Shown: positions 61,801 through 64,000 of the stretch, one piece after another
Layout: the number at the start of each line of letters is the position of its first letter
Numbering within the stretch: the stretch's first letter is position 1
Assembly (NCBI GenBank): GCA_032718475.1
Contig: JAUCBJ010002094.1
Span: 1-64,000, forward strand
Direction of reading: 5' to 3'
Length of the DNA stretch: 64,000 nt
Source of the DNA: Nemertoderma westbladi
Lineage: Eukaryota; Animalia; Xenacoelomorpha
Program-made: the position numbers and the translations under genes
The notes under the pieces: generated by a model
Seen by the model: the letters and a program-made list of their open reading frames with translations, nothing else
Database searches by the model: none
What the model was told of the DNA's origin: nothing

Positions 61801-64000
61801 GGTTTTTGTAAAAAATCGGAGGATATTTTGATAAATTATTGCAGAAAAACACCAAGGATTTTGACATGGCTTTAATACTTCATTATGTTCATGAAATAGC
61901 TGAGATATTTGAGGTGAATTATTGCATTACATAATAACTTTAGCTCCAGCCACTTTAGCAATACGATGAAACTATAATAAATATTCTAGAACACAACAAT
62001 ATTAATAGGGAGATAGGCTACTTATTTCTCAACTCAGACAGCCACAGATAGGGGGTGTTCTGACACAATCAAAATTCATCCATCTCCAGCGGAAAGACGT
62101 AGCAAATAACAGCTGATTACTGCTATAAATGTAAGTGTTACCTGTTCTTTTGACGTTCATTTAAGATTCTCTATCTCGTGGAGTGGGATAGAAGTTATAA
62201 ATATGAAAATCGATATGGTTTTTGTAAAAAATCAGAGGATATTTTGATAAATTATTGCAGAAAAACACCAAGGATTTTGACATGGCTTTAATACTTCATT
62301 ATGTTCATGAAATAGCTGAGATATTTGAGGAGAATTATTGCATTACATAATAACTTTAGCTCCAGCCACTTTAGCAATACGATGAAACTATAATAAATAT
62401 TCTAGAACACAACAATATTAACAGGGAGATAGGCTACTTATCTCTCCTCTCAGACAGCCACAGATAGGGGGTGTTCCAACGCAATCAAAATTCATCCATC
62501 TCCAGCGGAAAGACGTAGCAAATAACAGCTGATTACTGCTATAAATGTAAGTGTTACCTGTTCTTTTGACGTTCATTTAAGATTCTCTATCTCGTGGAGT
62601 GGGATAGAAGTTATAAATATGAAAATTGGTATGGTTTTTGAAAAAAATCAGAGGATATTTTGATAAATTATTGCAGAAAAATACCAAGGATTTTGACATG
62701 GATTTAATACTTCATTATGTTCATGAAATAGCTGAGATATTTGAGTTGAATTATTGTATTATGAGTCAACTTCAGCTCTAGTCACTTTGGCAATACGATG
62801 AAACTATAATAAATATTCTAGAACACAACAATATTAACAGGGAGATAGGCTACTTATCTCTCCACTCAGACAGCCATAGATAGGGGGTGTTCCAATGCAA
62901 TCAAAATTCATCCATCTCCAGCGGAAAGACGTAGCAAATAACAGCTGATTACTGCTATAAATGTAAGTGTTACCTGTTCTTTTGACGTTCATTTAAGATT
63001 CTCTATCTCGTGGAGTGGGATAGAAGTTATAAATATGAAAATCGATATGGTTTTTGTAAAAAATCAGAGGATATTTTGATAAATTATTGCAGAAAAACAC
63101 CAAGGATTTTGACATGGCTTTAATACTTCATTATGTTCATGAAATAGCTGAGATATTTGAGGTGAATTATTGCATTACATAATAACTTTAGCTCCAGCCA
63201 CTTTAGCAATACGATGAAACTATAATAAATATTCTAGAACACAACAATATTAATAGGGAGATAGGCTACTTATTTCTCAACTCAGACAGCCACAGATAGG
63301 GGGTGTTCTGACACAATCAAAATTCATCCATCTCCAGCGGAAAGACGTAGCAAATAACAGCTGATTACTGCTATAAATGTAAGTGTTACCTGTTCTTTTG
63401 ACGTTCATTTAAGATTCTCTATCTCGTGGAGTGGGATAGAAGTTATAAATATGAAAATCGATATGGTTTTTGTAAAAAATCAGAGGATATTTTGATAAAT
63501 TATTGCAGAAAAACACCAAGGATTTTGACATGGCTTTAATACTTCATTATGTTCATGAAATAGCTGAGATATTTGAGGAGAATTATTGCATTACATAATA
63601 ACTTTAGCTCCAGCCACTTTAGCAATACGATGAAACTATAATAAATATTCTAGAACACAACAATATTAACAGGGAGATAGGCTACTTATCTCTCCTCTCA
63701 GACAGCCACAGATAGGGGGTGTTCCAACGCAATCAAAATTCATCCATCTCCAGCGGAAAGACGTAGCAAATAACAGCTGATTACTGCTATAAATGTAAGT
63801 GTTACCTGTTCTTTTGACGTTCATTTAAGATTCTCTATCTCGTGGAGTGGGATAGAAGTTATAAATATGAAAATTGATATGGTTTTTGAAAAAAATCAGA
63901 GGATATTTTGATAAATTATTGCAGAAAAATACCAAGGATTTTGACATGGATTTAATACTTCATTATGTTCATGAAATAGCTGAGATATTTGAGGTGAATT
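58828..64000 (-). repeat. 416-bp satellite array, inverted arm, segment 4 (runs off the window)
   Basis: Resumes at TTTAGCAATACGATGAAAC with a 416-bp period; 316-bp variants occur at ~59861 and ~61423. Confidence 0.97.

Noticed and set aside
1-64000. CRISPR array, or tandem RNA gene cluster (5S, tRNA, snRNA, spliced leader)
   Set aside because: There are no unique spacers, and I recognised no RNA-gene structure or Pol III boxes in the monomer. An Rfam/Infernal search would be needed to exclude a divergent small RNA fully.

Overview
Eukaryotic, AT-rich satellite DNA with no host genes, RNA genes or CRISPR arrays. About 50 kb of the 64 kb is one 416-bp tandem satellite with irregular 3- to 6-mer higher-order structure. 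The array switches strand between 12523 and 17747. The switch is filled by a decayed, 3'-broken CR1/L2-group LINE (minus strand; long hydrophobic leader, 2A-like DVHPNPGP, APE endonuclease, partial RT), which carries a nested 5'-truncated RTE-clade LINE with an 11-bp TSD. Three more elements interrupt the inverted arm. One is a 2.5-kb CCCAGC-TIR DNA element with a decayed unknown ORF (24442-26949). One is a 1.56-kb non-autonomous piggyBac-type element with a TTAA TSD and its own ~162-bp tandem repeat (45173-46735). The third is an apparently full-length 4.17-kb CRE-clade (RT plus restriction-like endonuclease) retrotransposon with a 9-bp TSD (54658-58827). The most unusual feature is in that CRE RT: an in-frame array of ~27 octapeptide repeats (TQPGSATP, 24 bp) lies between the QGDP and YADD catalytic motifs. 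Family assignments come from motifs read by eye; no searches were run.
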